A stretch of 64,000 nt of DNA from Opitutus sp. GAS368 (GCA_943329925.2 CALQFT020000002.1:33-64032); one strand, 5' to 3'; shown: positions 19,350 through 29,186, counted from the first letter of the stretch. The notes: generated by a model from the letters alone, not told the origin. Made by a program: numbers and translations.

Positions 19350-19559
19350 TTACGCGAAAGGCATGCACTCCTTGATGCGAGCCACCATCGTCTCGTGCAC
19401 AAGGCCAGCCTTTCCGAGATTGCGTTTACGCTTGGCATTCTTGGAAGAAGCCAGGTGACGCAGGCCCGGTTTACGGCGTAGCAACTTGCCCGAGGCGGTG
19501 AGTTTGAACCGCTTGGCCACGGCTTTTTTAGTCTTTCGACGTGCAATGGATCTAGGCAT
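19350..19559 (-). CDS. rpmI: 50S ribosomal protein L35
   Basis: 69 aa and basic: MPRSIARRKTKKAVAKRFKLTASGKLLRRKPGLRH... Confidence 0.9.
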   Translation of the reverse strand: MPRSIARRKTKKAVAKRFKLTASGKLLRRKPGLRHLASSKNAKRKRNLGKAGLVHETMVARIKECMPFA

Positions 19560-20090
19560 GGGGCGGGGGATATTAAGGAGTTTTCAAAGAGAGGCAATCT
19601 GTTTTTGCACAAATCACACTCTCCCGAATTCACTCACAGCAAATAACCCTGTGTCGTTTCGCTCTGAGCGGCACGGCTTGATGCATTGTCTAGTAACAGA
19701 TAATGCTGGGGCAATGTTACTTGAGCCAGTATCTTCACAAGCTGTAGCAGGGTGGTGAATTTGTTGAGCTGCCGCCGGGCGCACTTGTGGGGTGCTTAAT
19801 CGCGGTGTGGGGAACGGAAGCGTCTCGTGGCGTGGGGTAAGTTTGCTAAAAGAATAAGGCCGGCGGTTATGACTGACTTGCTCGCTGAGTTGGCGGAGCG
19901 TTCCAAGAATGTGTTTGCGATGAAGTTAGGAGCACGCTTAAGACGCATTGAGGAGTAAGAGGGGAGGCTGGGAAAATGGCTAAATGACAGAAGCTTGAAG
20001 ATAAGCTAGGAATCAGATCTCAAATCTTTTGCAGAAAAACATTGCCACCCTTGTTAATTCTCGTAGCCTGCCCAACCCACAAGCAACTTT

Positions 20091-20360
20091 ATGGCTAAGA
20101 CGAGCTGGATCGAACGTGAAAAAAAGAAGGCGGCAACTGTCGCAAAATACTCCGACCTGCGTGCAGAGTTGAAGGCTAAAGGCGATTATATCGGCCTCTC
20201 CCTTCTTCCCCGCAACGCAAGCCCCGTGAGAATGTCGAAACGCTGCCTCCAAACAGGCCGCAAACGCGCGTTTATCGGGCGTTTCAAGCTCTCGCGCATC
20301 GCCTTCCGCGAATTGGCCTCACACGGGTTAATCCCCGGAGTGACCAAGTCGAGTTGGTAG
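20091..20360 (+). CDS. rpsN: 30S ribosomal protein S14 (89 aa, non-zinc C-minus form)
   Basis: MAKTSWIEREKKK...RNASPVRMSKRC..TGR.RAFIGRFKLSRIAFRELASHGLIPGVTKSSW. It has no CxxC pairs. Confidence 0.9.
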   Translation: MAKTSWIEREKKKAATVAKYSDLRAELKAKGDYIGLSLLPRNASPVRMSKRCLQTGRKRAFIGRFKLSRIAFRELASHGLIPGVTKSSW

Positions 20361-20456
20361 AATCCCTTTTTTACAGTTTTGCGAGATCCGAGTCGCAGGT
20401 AAATCCTGTGACTCGGTTCTTTTTTGCAGTGTCCCCCCTAGCGTTTGCAAGTTAGT

Positions 20457-21800
20457 ATGTTACCTGAAGTTGGATCGAATGTGCACAACGTGCCTGTGTT
20501 CCTTCAACTGGGAGCGGTCCTCGTCCTTGTTGGATTAAACGGCTTTTTCGTCGCCTCGGAGTTCGCAATCGTGAAGGTGCGCTCCAGTCAACTGGAGGCG
20601 TTGGAGGCTTCTGGCGACAGAAAGGCGAGGCTCGCCATCGAGGTCACTGAAAACCTCGAGGCCTACCTTTCCGCCACGCAGTTGGGCATCACGCTGGCTA
20701 GCTTGGGCTTGGGTTGGGTGGGACAGGACTTCGTCGCTGGACTAATCGCGCCAGCACTCCGGGCCATGGGGTTCATTTCCGAGACGGTCGTCCATGCCGT
20801 CTCCGTGGGCGTTGCCTTCGCCTCGATGACCTTCCTCCATATCGTACTGGGTGAACTTGCCCCAAAGTCGTTGGCCATCTCCAAGCCGGTGCCGACCACA
20901 ATCTGGGTCAGCGTCCCCTTGGGGATATTCTACCAGATGTTTCGTCCGGCGATCTGGTTTTTGAACTGCTCGGCTAATATTTTTCTGCGCAAAATCCTCC
21001 GGCTTAGTCCAGTAGGGGAACACGAGCTGGCGCATTCCGAGGAGGAGTTGCGCGTGATTCTCGCGGAGAGTGAGGACGCACGGCAGGTGACGCCAATTGG
21101 CAAAGAGATACTGATTAACGCTTTAGATCTCCGTAAGCGAGTTGTCCGGGACATCACTACGCCTCGCAAGGAGGTTGTTTTCCTCAACACAGAGGACACT
21201 TTCGAGGAAAACCTCAAGCATGCGGTGAGCTCGCAGCACACTCGCTTTCCAGTGTGCGAAGGGCATTTGGACAACGCCATCGGCTTGGTTCACATCAAGG
21301 ATTTGATGTTACAAATGCGTACAGCCCAGCCGGATCTGATGAAGGCGCGCCGCGATATCCTGCCTGTGCCCGAAATGATGCCTTTGGAGCGATTGCTGAC
21401 GTTTTTCCTCACGAAGCACGCGCACCTCGCCCTGGTGTTGGACGAGTATGGTGGAACGGTCGGAGTGGTCACCTTGGACAACGTGCTGGCGGAGATTGTC
21501 GGAGATATTCAGGACGAGTTTGACACCGAGTTGCCCGAGTTCAAACGCGTGAATGCCGATGAATTTGTCGTTGATGGCAGCCTTGCCCTCTACGAACTCA
21601 AAGATCTCGCGGGGTTAAACTTGGAGAGCGAAGACGTCAGCACTGTGGGCGGCTTTGTCACCCACCTTGCTGGCAACCTGCCCGCAGTGGGCGATCAGGT
21701 GCGGATCGAACCTTTTGAAGTCACGGTTTTGAAAGCGGATGGACGGCGTGTGCTGGAAGTGCGCTTTCGGCGAGTCCGCGCCGAAGTCTCCGACGCGTAG
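20457..21800 (+). CDS. CNNM/HlyC/CorC family transporter (DUF21-CBS-CorC_HlyC)
   Basis: DUF21 membrane domain (NGFFVASEFAIVKVR...SATQLGITLASLGLGW), then a CBS pair region and a CorC/HlyC C-terminal domain. ATG at 20457; the track starts at TTG 20445. Confidence 0.85.
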   Translation: MLPEVGSNVHNVPVFLQLGAVLVLVGLNGFFVASEFAIVKVRSSQLEALEASGDRKARLAIEVTENLEAYLSATQLGITLASLGLGWVGQDFVAGLIAPALRAMGFISETVVHAVSVGVAFASMTFLHIVLGELAPKSLAISKPVPTTIWVSVPLGIFYQMFRPAIWFLNCSANIFLRKILRLSPVGEHELAHSEEELRVILAESEDARQVTPIGKEILINALDLRKRVVRDITTPRKEVVFLNTEDTFEENLKHAVSSQHTRFPVCEGHLDNAIGLVHIKDLMLQMRTAQPDLMKARRDILPVPEMMPLERLLTFFLTKHAHLALVLDEYGGTVGVVTLDNVLAEIVGDIQDEFDTELPEFKRVNADEFVVDGSLALYELKDLAGLNLESEDVSTVGGFVTHLAGNLPAVGDQVRIEPFEVTVLKADGRRVLEVRFRRVRAEVSDA

Positions 21801-21868
21801 GGTACGTCGAATCTCCGAGGACAAATTTTTGAAGTGAGTCCGCTTCAAAATTAGCAGAGCATCCCGTC

Positions 21869-23101
21869 GTGCCTCAGTCTGATTCAACAGAAAACGCCCC
21901 ATCACCGCTGCCACGGCCTCCTGGCAGACTGCGCCGCTGGATGCAGGCGGGCGGTGGTTTCTTGATGTTGAGCATTATAGTGCACGGGGTGTTGCTTTTG
22001 GGGGCCGCAGTCTGGGTGGTGCAAACTGTTCAGGCCAAACGTAAGCTTAATTTTACCGGCACTCCTCCGCCCTCCAGTCAGGGTGCAAGACAGCTCGAAT
22101 ACCGTGTGCAGGCGGCCAAGCGCACCGCCACCATGAAGCCGCCGCCGGTCGCCACTCGTATCGTATCCACTGCACTGGATGCAAAGGTCGCCCTCCCGGA
22201 GGTTGCGCTGCCTCCCACAAGCACCCTCGCGGCTCCCGGTCGAATGGGTGCGCTCACCGGCAACCCCTCAGCATTCAAGCCGTTGACGGCGCCGGCAAGC
22301 GCCTCTCCTCCAGCGGCCATGGTGGCCATGCCCGTCGGAGTCACCGCCTTCGGCTTTAAAATGCCACCCAGCGGGACCTCCACCGGCCTGCGCGGCGTGC
22401 TCTATTACATGCGCCGAAAGCCCGACGGCACGGCGTATCCGGAGAACACGGATCGCGGCGATTATCTGCAGCGCATCGAGGCGCTTTTTGGGAACAAGGG
22501 TAAGTTGAACGAAGGGGAGGCGCAGAAGTACCTCAAGTTCGGCCAGCAACTGGTCGCCAATGTGATTTTGTTTCCCGCCAGCGCGGGTGAGTCCGCTCCA
22601 AAGGCGTTCGGGGTGGATCAAGTGCCGGGCACACAGCAAAGCTGGTTTGCGGTGTATAAGGCGAAGGTTGTTTCGGAAGCTAAACAACGCTACCGCTTTG
22701 TGGGAGGCGGCAACGAGGTGCTTATTGTGCGTGTCGACGGGAAAATCGTGCTGGACGGCTGTTACGCCGGGTTGCCATGGAAGGCGGGCAAGAACCCGAC
22801 GGGGTACGGCGCCAAGGGCAGTCTGGGCGCGCTTTGGAGTGATGTGCGGAATGTGGGGGAGTACTTCGCCTTTGGGCCGAACGGCTCGGAAGTGGAAATC
22901 ATTGTTGGCGAGGGCTGGGGAGGGGCCTTTGGTGCAGATCTTTGCATTGAGGAAGAAGGCAAGACCTACACTGGCGATCAGCGACCGCTCTTCAAAATTG
23001 AAGGCTACCAGAAATCACTGCCACATATACAAGCGGCTCTGGCCCTTCCAGAAAGCGCCAAGGCCTTCACCCTGGAGGGGCCCACTTTCAAAGTCCGCTG
23101 A
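21869..23101 (+). CDS. membrane-anchored hypothetical protein with PA14-like C-terminal domain
   Basis: GTG start and one TM helix (GGFLMLSIIVHGVLLLGAAVWVV), followed by a Pro/Ala-rich linker. GLRGVLYY...SWFAVYKAKVVSEAKQRYRFVGGGNEVLIVRVDGKIVLDG resembles PA14. Confidence 0.45.
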   Translation: MPQSDSTENAPSPLPRPPGRLRRWMQAGGGFLMLSIIVHGVLLLGAAVWVVQTVQAKRKLNFTGTPPPSSQGARQLEYRVQAAKRTATMKPPPVATRIVSTALDAKVALPEVALPPTSTLAAPGRMGALTGNPSAFKPLTAPASASPPAAMVAMPVGVTAFGFKMPPSGTSTGLRGVLYYMRRKPDGTAYPENTDRGDYLQRIEALFGNKGKLNEGEAQKYLKFGQQLVANVILFPASAGESAPKAFGVDQVPGTQQSWFAVYKAKVVSEAKQRYRFVGGGNEVLIVRVDGKIVLDGCYAGLPWKAGKNPTGYGAKGSLGALWSDVRNVGEYFAFGPNGSEVEIIVGEGWGGAFGADLCIEEEGKTYTGDQRPLFKIEGYQKSLPHIQAALALPESAKAFTLEGPTFKVR

Positions 23102-23121
23102 GGTCGGCCTGCGCCCTTAAA

Positions 23122-24096
23122 CTAAAAGAGGCTCAGGACCTTAGCCACGATATCTACCGGACGAGGCAACTGGCGGCGTTCCAATTCCGGACTATAAATC
23201 GCAGGCGCGTCGATGGAGCTAATTCTGAGAACCGGCGCGTCCAAATCGTCGAAGCACTTCTCCATGATGATGCTCGAAATCTGTGCGTCCACGCCGCAGA
23301 AGGGCTTGTTTTCTTCCACCAAAACAGCGCGGTGCGTTTTGCGAACGGTGCGCAAAATAGCCTCTTCATCCAGGGGACGAATGGAGCGCAAGTCGAGCAC
23401 TTCCGCATGAATATCATGTTCGGCTTCAAGCAATTCCGCTGCCTTAAGCGCGGTTAATACAGCCCGGCCATGCGCGATGATGGACACGTCGGTTCCTTCC
23501 CGCTTCAAGTCGGCCACGCCCAAAGGGATGATGTATTCTTCTTCGGGCACTTCGCCTTTTTCACCGTAAAGAAGCGTGTTTTCCATGAACATCACCGGGT
23601 CGTTATCCCGGATGGCAGCCTTAAGCAACCCTTTGGCGTCGTAGGGTGTTGCGGGGCAAACTACCTTTATTCCAGGCACGTTTGCCAGCCAGTTTTCCGG
23701 CGTGTGGGAGTGCGTCGCTCCCACGTTGGTGCCCCCGTTGGCGGGGCCGCGAATGACGATGGGGCAGTTGATGAGACCGCCGCTCATGTAGCGCACGAAA
23801 CCGGCGTTGTTGACGATTTGGTCCCAAGCCACGGCGGAAAAACTCCAAAACATGAGTTCCATCACGGGGCGTAGGCCGAGCATCGAAGCGCCGATACCCA
23901 TTCCAATAAAGGCGGACTCGCTGATGGGGGTATCCACCACGCGCTTGTCTCCGAAGCGCTTCCAAAGTCCTTCGGTAACCTTATAAGCGCCATCGTACTC
24001 GGCGACTTCTTCGCCCATGACGATGACGTTGGTGTCGCGCTCGATTTCTTCGGCCATTGCATGGCGCAAAGCTTCGCGGTAAGTAATTTCAGCCAT
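23122..24096 (-). CDS. pdhB: 2-oxo acid (pyruvate/acetoin) dehydrogenase E1 beta subunit
   Basis: MAEITYREALRHAMAEEIERD..VIVMGEEVAEYDGAYKVT.GL...DTPISE..F.G..IGA, a typical E1-beta. Confidence 0.9.
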   Translation of the reverse strand: MAEITYREALRHAMAEEIERDTNVIVMGEEVAEYDGAYKVTEGLWKRFGDKRVVDTPISESAFIGMGIGASMLGLRPVMELMFWSFSAVAWDQIVNNAGFVRYMSGGLINCPIVIRGPANGGTNVGATHSHTPENWLANVPGIKVVCPATPYDAKGLLKAAIRDNDPVMFMENTLLYGEKGEVPEEEYIIPLGVADLKREGTDVSIIAHGRAVLTALKAAELLEAEHDIHAEVLDLRSIRPLDEEAILRTVRKTHRAVLVEENKPFCGVDAQISSIIMEKCFDDLDAPVLRISSIDAPAIYSPELERRQLPRPVDIVAKVLSLF

Positions 24097-24125
24097 AGTA
24101 AGCAGCGTTCCTTTGTGGGGAAAAA

Positions 24126-25253
24126 TTAGTCGTTAAAGAAGTGGCGTCCGGTGCGTCCTGCCAGCGTCTGGCGGTCGACTTCAAAATAAACGTCCTCTGT
24201 GATGGACTCCACGGAGGGGATCGGGCTTGCATCTGCAAATTCCACGCTATCAGTGGCTTCCTGTTTCGCCGCCGCATCAATCGCCTCGTAATGCTCCTCG
24301 TTTAGGACCCGCTCTTCCAGCAGCCGCGCCTTCCATAAATTGATGGGGTCGTGTTGCGTTTTGTACGTCTCAATTTCGCTCTCGGAACGGTACACCTTGT
24401 GTTTGGCGTCCGCGACGGAGTGTCCGTAATAGCGGTACGTGGCGATTTCCAGCACGGTGGGGCGAGACTGCTTGTGGGCGCGTTCGACCGCGACGTTTAC
24501 CTTGGCGCGGACCTCGTAAAGATCCTCGCCGTTTAGCGTATCCCATTCGATTCCAAATCCTTCCGCTCGCTCAGCAAGGCACGATTTGAAGGAGCTGGAA
24601 CGGGCCAGGCTAGTCCCCATCGAGTAACCATTGTTCTCGATAATGTAAATGACCGGCAAATTGAACAAAGACGCCATGTTCAAGGACTCGTAGAAGCAGC
24701 CCTGATTCACCGCCCCGTCTCCCATGAAGCACATGGCTGATCCTGTAAGGCCTTTATACTTAACTCCATAGGCTAAGCCTAGTCCCAGGGGGGTCTGCCC
24801 GCCTACAATCCCGTGGCCGCCCCAATAATTCTTGTCCGGAGCGAAGAAGTGCATCGAGCCGCCCTTGCCCTTGGAACACCCCGTCGCCTTGCCGAAAAGT
24901 TCTGCCATGCACTCATTCATGCTCATTCCCACCGCCAGCGCGTGGCCGTGGTCGCGATAAGCCGTGATGACATGGTCGTTGGGGCCCATCAAAGAGCAGG
25001 TGCCAACAGCCACGCTTTCCTGGCCGATGTAAAGATGGAGAAATCCACCCATTTTGCCGCCTTGGTAGGCTTTAAGGGCGGCCTGCTCGAATCGGCGCAC
25101 GCGCACCATATCTTTGAGGAGACGAATTTTTTCCGTAGCATCCAGCGCCGCGTTAATCGGCGCCGAGGCGTGTTCACAGTTGGTAATGGTTTCCATGGCG
25201 GGTGGGCTTTTAAGGAACTGCTCTAAGATAAACCCCTCTCGGGGCTCGGGCAA
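24126..25253 (-). CDS. pdhA: 2-oxo acid (pyruvate/acetoin) dehydrogenase E1 alpha subunit
   Basis: Contains the YRDHGH and GDGAVNQG TPP-binding region plus YRYYGHSVAD. An alternative start lies at 25196 (METITN). Confidence 0.9.
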   Translation of the reverse strand: MPEPREGFILEQFLKSPPAMETITNCEHASAPINAALDATEKIRLLKDMVRVRRFEQAALKAYQGGKMGGFLHLYIGQESVAVGTCSLMGPNDHVITAYRDHGHALAVGMSMNECMAELFGKATGCSKGKGGSMHFFAPDKNYWGGHGIVGGQTPLGLGLAYGVKYKGLTGSAMCFMGDGAVNQGCFYESLNMASLFNLPVIYIIENNGYSMGTSLARSSSFKSCLAERAEGFGIEWDTLNGEDLYEVRAKVNVAVERAHKQSRPTVLEIATYRYYGHSVADAKHKVYRSESEIETYKTQHDPINLWKARLLEERVLNEEHYEAIDAAAKQEATDSVEFADASPIPSVESITEDVYFEVDRQTLAGRTGRHFFND

Positions 25254-25267
25254 CTCTTAGGAGCTTA

Positions 25268-25768
25268 TTAATTCTTTATCGGAGCGGATTGGGAATCGAG
25301 GGAAAAAACCTCTTTCAATGGAATAGCTCTGGGGCGCTTGTCTGCATCGGTTTCCATCAACTCTGCCATATGGGTCCACCAGCGCAAACACACGGGCGTG
25401 GAGGCGATGGCATCCCAGCGCGCCTCATCCTGAATCTCGGCATACCCAAAGAGTTGCAACGTCTCTTGGTGGAGGTGAAGGGTATACTGATACCAAATCT
25501 TGAAGAAAGCTGGTCCTTCTCTCCTAGGACGGCGGAGCCCCAGCTCCGCTTTGACGCTCTAAAAACTCAGACAGTCCTTGCGGAGCTGGGGCTCCGCGGT
25601 CCCAGGTGCTGAGGTCTTTTAAGCATCCATAAACCTAAAAAAGAGGGCCTGAGATACCCCGTGCGAGCGCAGTACGGCCGTCAACTCCGGCCAAATTGGA
25701 TTGTGGCGCCGGACGTATTCCGCCTCGCATCCCGGCCGCAATTGACGCACGAACGTCTTTCGAATCAT
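25268..25768 (-). pseudogene. rhaM: L-rhamnose mutarotase interrupted by a ~154-bp repeat element
   Basis: The N-terminal part is [40 protein letters not shown] (25649-25768). The C-terminal part is YTLHLHQETLQLFGYAEIQDEARWDAIASTPVCLRWWTHMAELM... (25268-25489). After removing the insert they join in frame and align along the full length of E. coli RhaM as I recall it. Confidence 0.8.
25495..25648. mobile_element. palindromic MITE/REP-like element, copy B, inserted in rhaM
   Basis: An inverted copy of 18031-18182. On the plus strand it is flanked by CTGATACC (25487-25494) and CTGAGATACC (25649-25658). Its internal 23-bp inverted repeat is nearly perfect. Confidence 0.8.
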
Positions 25769-25793
25769 CGCAATGGGGGCTCGCTTCTGCGCG

Positions 25794-27644
25794 CTATTCC
25801 ACCGTGACGCTCTTGGCCAGATTGCGCGGCTTGTCCACATCGCATCCCAGCGCGACGGCGGTGTGGTAGGCTAACAATTGCAAGGGTACCGCGTTGAGGA
25901 TGGGCGAGAGGAAGTCGGGACAGCGCGGGATGAGAATAGTGTCGTCGCAAATCTGCTCCAAGCGGCGGCAGCCTTCCGTGCCGATGCCGATCACCGGCCC
26001 CTTGCGGGCGCGAACCTCCTCGATGTTGCTGAGGTTTTTTTCAAAAACGCCGTCTTCCGGCGCCACAAACACACTGGGCACCTCTGGGGTAATTAGCGCA
26101 ATGACCCCGTGCTTGAGCTCCGCACTGGGATGGCCGCTGGCGTGGATATACGACACTTCCTTCATCTTTAAGGCACCTTCCAAAGCCACCGGATAGTTGA
26201 ACTGCCTGCCCAAGAACATCATCGACTGCGAGTGGCAGTACTTCAGAGCGATGCTGCGGATTTGCTCGGAGAGGGCGAGAATGGCGCGGATTTTGTCCGG
26301 CAAAGCTTCCAATTCGTCCAACATCCTGAGTCCCTGAGAGCTGGAGAGGTTGCGAATGCGTCCCATGAGCAAGGCTACCAGCGTCAACACGGCGCACTGG
26401 CTGGTGAAGCTTTTTGTCGCGGCCACACCGATTTCTGGCCCAGCATGCATGTAAACGCCGCCGTCACTTTCGCGGGCGATGGTGGAGGCGACGTTATTGC
26501 AGATCCCAAGGGTGCGGTGGCCCTTGCGCTGGCTCTCGCGCAGGGCGGCGAGGGTGTCGGCCGTTTCGCCGCTTTGGCTGAGAGCAAAAACGAGCACGTC
26601 CTTGGGCAAGGGCATGTTTCGGTAGCGGAATTCAGAGGCAAACTCAACCTCAGCAGGAATATGCGCAAGCTGTTCGATAAGATGCTCCCCCACCATCGCC
26701 GCGTGGAACGCAGTGCCGCAGCCCGTTAGCACCACGCGCTCCACGGCACGCAGCTCCGCATTGGACATGTTCAGCCCGCCGAGCTTCGCCGTGGCCTCCT
26801 CGTGCGAGAGTCGCCCCCGCAGCGCATCGGTAATCGTCTCGGGTTGCTCGAAAATCTCCTTGAGCATGAAATGCGGGTATTCCCCCATGGTCATGTCCTG
26901 CGGTTTGAAATCCACCGCGCTGATTTCATAACCGCTGCTCCCTCCTGGAAGCGTCGAGATTTCGAAGCCGTCGGCCTGCACGGATATCAAGTCAAAATCT
27001 TTCAAGTAAACCACTTCCCGCGTGTAGTTCGCAATCGCGCCCACGTCGCTTGCCAAAAAGTGCTCGCCCTTGCCAATCCCCAACACCAGCGGACTGCCTC
27101 GCCTCGCGCCCACTAAAACGCCCGGCACGTCCCGATGCAGCACCGCAATCCCGTAAGTACCCACGACCTGCTGCAGAGCCGCCCGCAAGGCGTCCAGCAA
27201 TCGGCGCGCAGTGGCCGGTTCCCCGTCCGCTGACAAATGCTTGCCGACAAGGTGCGCCAAAACTTCCGTGTCTGTCTGAGAAAGAAAGCGATGTCCTTCG
27301 CGCACCAGTGTTTCCCGCAAGGTGGAATGGTTTTCAATCACCCCGTTATGAACCAAAACCAGCGCGCCGGACTGGTCGGTGTGTGGATGTGCATTCTCGT
27401 TGGTGACCCCCCCGTGAGTCGCCCAGCGGGTATGGGAAATCCCCATCTGGCCTTGAACCGGCTGCTCGTGCAGCAACTCCGCCAGATTGGCGATACGCCC
27501 GATACGCTTGCGCAAGGAAATCTCCCCGGCGTCGAGGACCGCCATGCCCGCGCTGTCATAGCCCCGGTATTCCAATCTGCGCAGCCCTTCCAAAAGCAGG
27601 GGCGCCGCCTCCTGTTTGCCAATGTATCCGACGATTCCACACAT
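25794..27644 (-). CDS. glmS: glutamine--fructose-6-phosphate aminotransferase
   Basis: MCGIVGYIG (Ntn Cys2) at ATG 27644, with SIS domains and a C-terminal ...NLAKSVTVE. The ORF track extends further upstream, to 27749. Confidence 0.95.
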   Translation of the reverse strand: MCGIVGYIGKQEAAPLLLEGLRRLEYRGYDSAGMAVLDAGEISLRKRIGRIANLAELLHEQPVQGQMGISHTRWATHGGVTNENAHPHTDQSGALVLVHNGVIENHSTLRETLVREGHRFLSQTDTEVLAHLVGKHLSADGEPATARRLLDALRAALQQVVGTYGIAVLHRDVPGVLVGARRGSPLVLGIGKGEHFLASDVGAIANYTREVVYLKDFDLISVQADGFEISTLPGGSSGYEISAVDFKPQDMTMGEYPHFMLKEIFEQPETITDALRGRLSHEEATAKLGGLNMSNAELRAVERVVLTGCGTAFHAAMVGEHLIEQLAHIPAEVEFASEFRYRNMPLPKDVLVFALSQSGETADTLAALRESQRKGHRTLGICNNVASTIARESDGGVYMHAGPEIGVAATKSFTSQCAVLTLVALLMGRIRNLSSSQGLRMLDELEALPDKIRAILALSEQIRSIALKYCHSQSMMFLGRQFNYPVALEGALKMKEVSYIHASGHPSAELKHGVIALITPEVPSVFVAPEDGVFEKNLSNIEEVRARKGPVIGIGTEGCRRLEQICDDTILIPRCPDFLSPILNAVPLQLLAYHTAVALGCDVDKPRNLAKSVTVE

Positions 27645-27833
27645 ATTAGATCTCACCATAAGCTCGAAGATCACGCTTGGGAAAGGCCAACGATGGCATA
27701 AAAGTCGATTGCGTGGGCCCAGCGCCAAGGCCGCTTCCATCGCCCTCATCGGAGTGGAATCCTCATACTCCAGCGGTGACTAATCCCCATTTATAAAGTA
27801 AACCCGAAATGCATACGTTTCGATTTACCCACT

Positions 27834-29135
27834 ATGAGCCTCCAGAACTGGTCTTCCGTCACCGACAAAACCCTCGCCATTATCATGGGGGGCGGCGCAG
27901 GCACTCGCCTTTTCCCCCTCACCAAGGAGCGCGCCAAGCCGGCCGTTCCCCTCGCCGGCAAATACCGGATCGTGGACATCGCGGTGAGTAACTGCATCAA
28001 CAGCGGATTGCGCAGTATCTTCGTTCTCACTCAGTTCAACAGCGTCTCGCTGCACCGCCATATTCACGCCGCCTACAAGTTTGACGACTTCTCCCGCGCA
28101 TTCGTTGAAATCCTCGCTGCGCAGCAGACCCTTAGTGGCGAGCGTTGGTACCAGGGCACTGCCGACGCGGTGCGCCAGAACCTGCGGGACTTTCTCAACA
28201 CCCCTTACGAGCATTTCATCATCCTCTCCGGTGACCAGTTGTACCGGATGGATTTTCGCGACGTCCTTGCCCAGCACATCGAAAGCGGCTCTGACATCAC
28301 CATCGCCACCACCCCGGTTTCCCGCCAAGACGCCTCCGAATTCGGCATCATGCGCACCGATGCCAACCGCCGCATTTACGAGTTTGTGGAAAAGCCCAAG
28401 GATCCCGCCATTCTCGACGGCCTGCGTGTGGGGCCGCAGCTTCTGGAAAAAATGGGTAAGTCCGCAGACGCCGAGTTGTATCAGGCCTCCATGGGGATCT
28501 ACGTGTTCAATCGGGCGGCCATTGTCCGGGCGCTCGACAACACGCACGTGGACTTTGGCAAGCACATCATCCCAGAGCAGATCCATCGCTCCAAAGTGAA
28601 CGCCTACATTTTCCAAGGCTACTGGGAAGACATCGGCACCATCCGCTCTTTCTTCGACTCTAATCTCGCCCTTGCGCGAAGCCACCCGCCGTTCAACTTC
28701 TTTGACAGTTCCGCGCCGATCTACACCCATGCGCGGTTTTTGCCTGCCAGCAAAATCAACTCCGCTCGCGTGAGCGAGGCCGTTGTCTCCGACGGATGCG
28801 TCATTACCGATGCGACCATCGAGCGAGCCGTCATCGGTATTCGCAGCGTCATTGGAAGCGGGAGCGTGCTGCGCAACTGCGTGATGATGGGTGCCGATTT
28901 CTTCGATTCCGAACAAGCCCGCCCCAGCTCATTGACTGCGCCCCCAGCCGTGGGCGTCGGTCGCAACTGCAACATCGAGAACGCCATCATCGACAAAAAT
29001 GCGCGCATCGGGGATCGAGTCACCATCAACCCGGCGGGCAAACCCGACAAATTCGACGGCGAGAACTACTTTATCCGCGACGGCATCGTTGTCATTCCAA
29101 AGGACGCTATTATTCCTTCGGACACTGTGATTTAA
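27834..29135 (+). CDS. glgC: glucose-1-phosphate adenylyltransferase
   Basis: [35 protein letters not shown]...WYQGTADAV...[10 protein letters not shown], then a hexapeptide-repeat C-terminus. Confidence 0.95.
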   Translation: MSLQNWSSVTDKTLAIIMGGGAGTRLFPLTKERAKPAVPLAGKYRIVDIAVSNCINSGLRSIFVLTQFNSVSLHRHIHAAYKFDDFSRAFVEILAAQQTLSGERWYQGTADAVRQNLRDFLNTPYEHFIILSGDQLYRMDFRDVLAQHIESGSDITIATTPVSRQDASEFGIMRTDANRRIYEFVEKPKDPAILDGLRVGPQLLEKMGKSADAELYQASMGIYVFNRAAIVRALDNTHVDFGKHIIPEQIHRSKVNAYIFQGYWEDIGTIRSFFDSNLALARSHPPFNFFDSSAPIYTHARFLPASKINSARVSEAVVSDGCVITDATIERAVIGIRSVIGSGSVLRNCVMMGADFFDSEQARPSSLTAPPAVGVGRNCNIENAIIDKNARIGDRVTINPAGKPDKFDGENYFIRDGIVVIPKDAIIPSDTVI

Positions 29136-29186
29136 GTGTGGTTGGAGCGGGGAATCGGAAGGTGGCTTTTTTCCGGTTCCCGCTTC

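Noticed and set aside
19868-19957. 29-codon ORF MTDLLAELAERSKNVFAMKLGARLRRIEE as a small protein gene
   Set aside because: It is too short and has no clear ribosome-binding site. It looks like the truncated first helix of an XRE-type regulator, so I treat it as a relic and mention it only under the intergenic finding.
18031-25648. The two inverted element copies read as the ends of a composite transposon
   Set aside because: The enclosed genes are core housekeeping genes (L20, L35, S14, PDH E1). No transposase lies inside. Copy B has its own local target duplication within rhaM. Independent insertions are more likely.
27645-27833. Possible glmS ribozyme in the glmS 5' region
   Set aside because: I could not recognise the conserved ribozyme core. 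The element is characteristic of Firmicutes-type lineages. The region is also a shared divergent promoter with glgC.
27825-28916. 363-aa ORF on the minus strand, antisense to glgC
   Set aside because: It lies entirely within the well-supported glgC gene. Its composition, rich in G, V, A, D, H and R, is typical of a shadow frame in GC-rich coding DNA. I see no recognisable motifs.
29150-29186. Bidirectional terminator between glgC and the DRTGG gene
   Set aside because: An imperfect stem (GCGGGGAATCGG / CCGGTTCCCGC) exists, with a T-run inside the loop rather than after the stem. That is not convincing enough to list as a feature.
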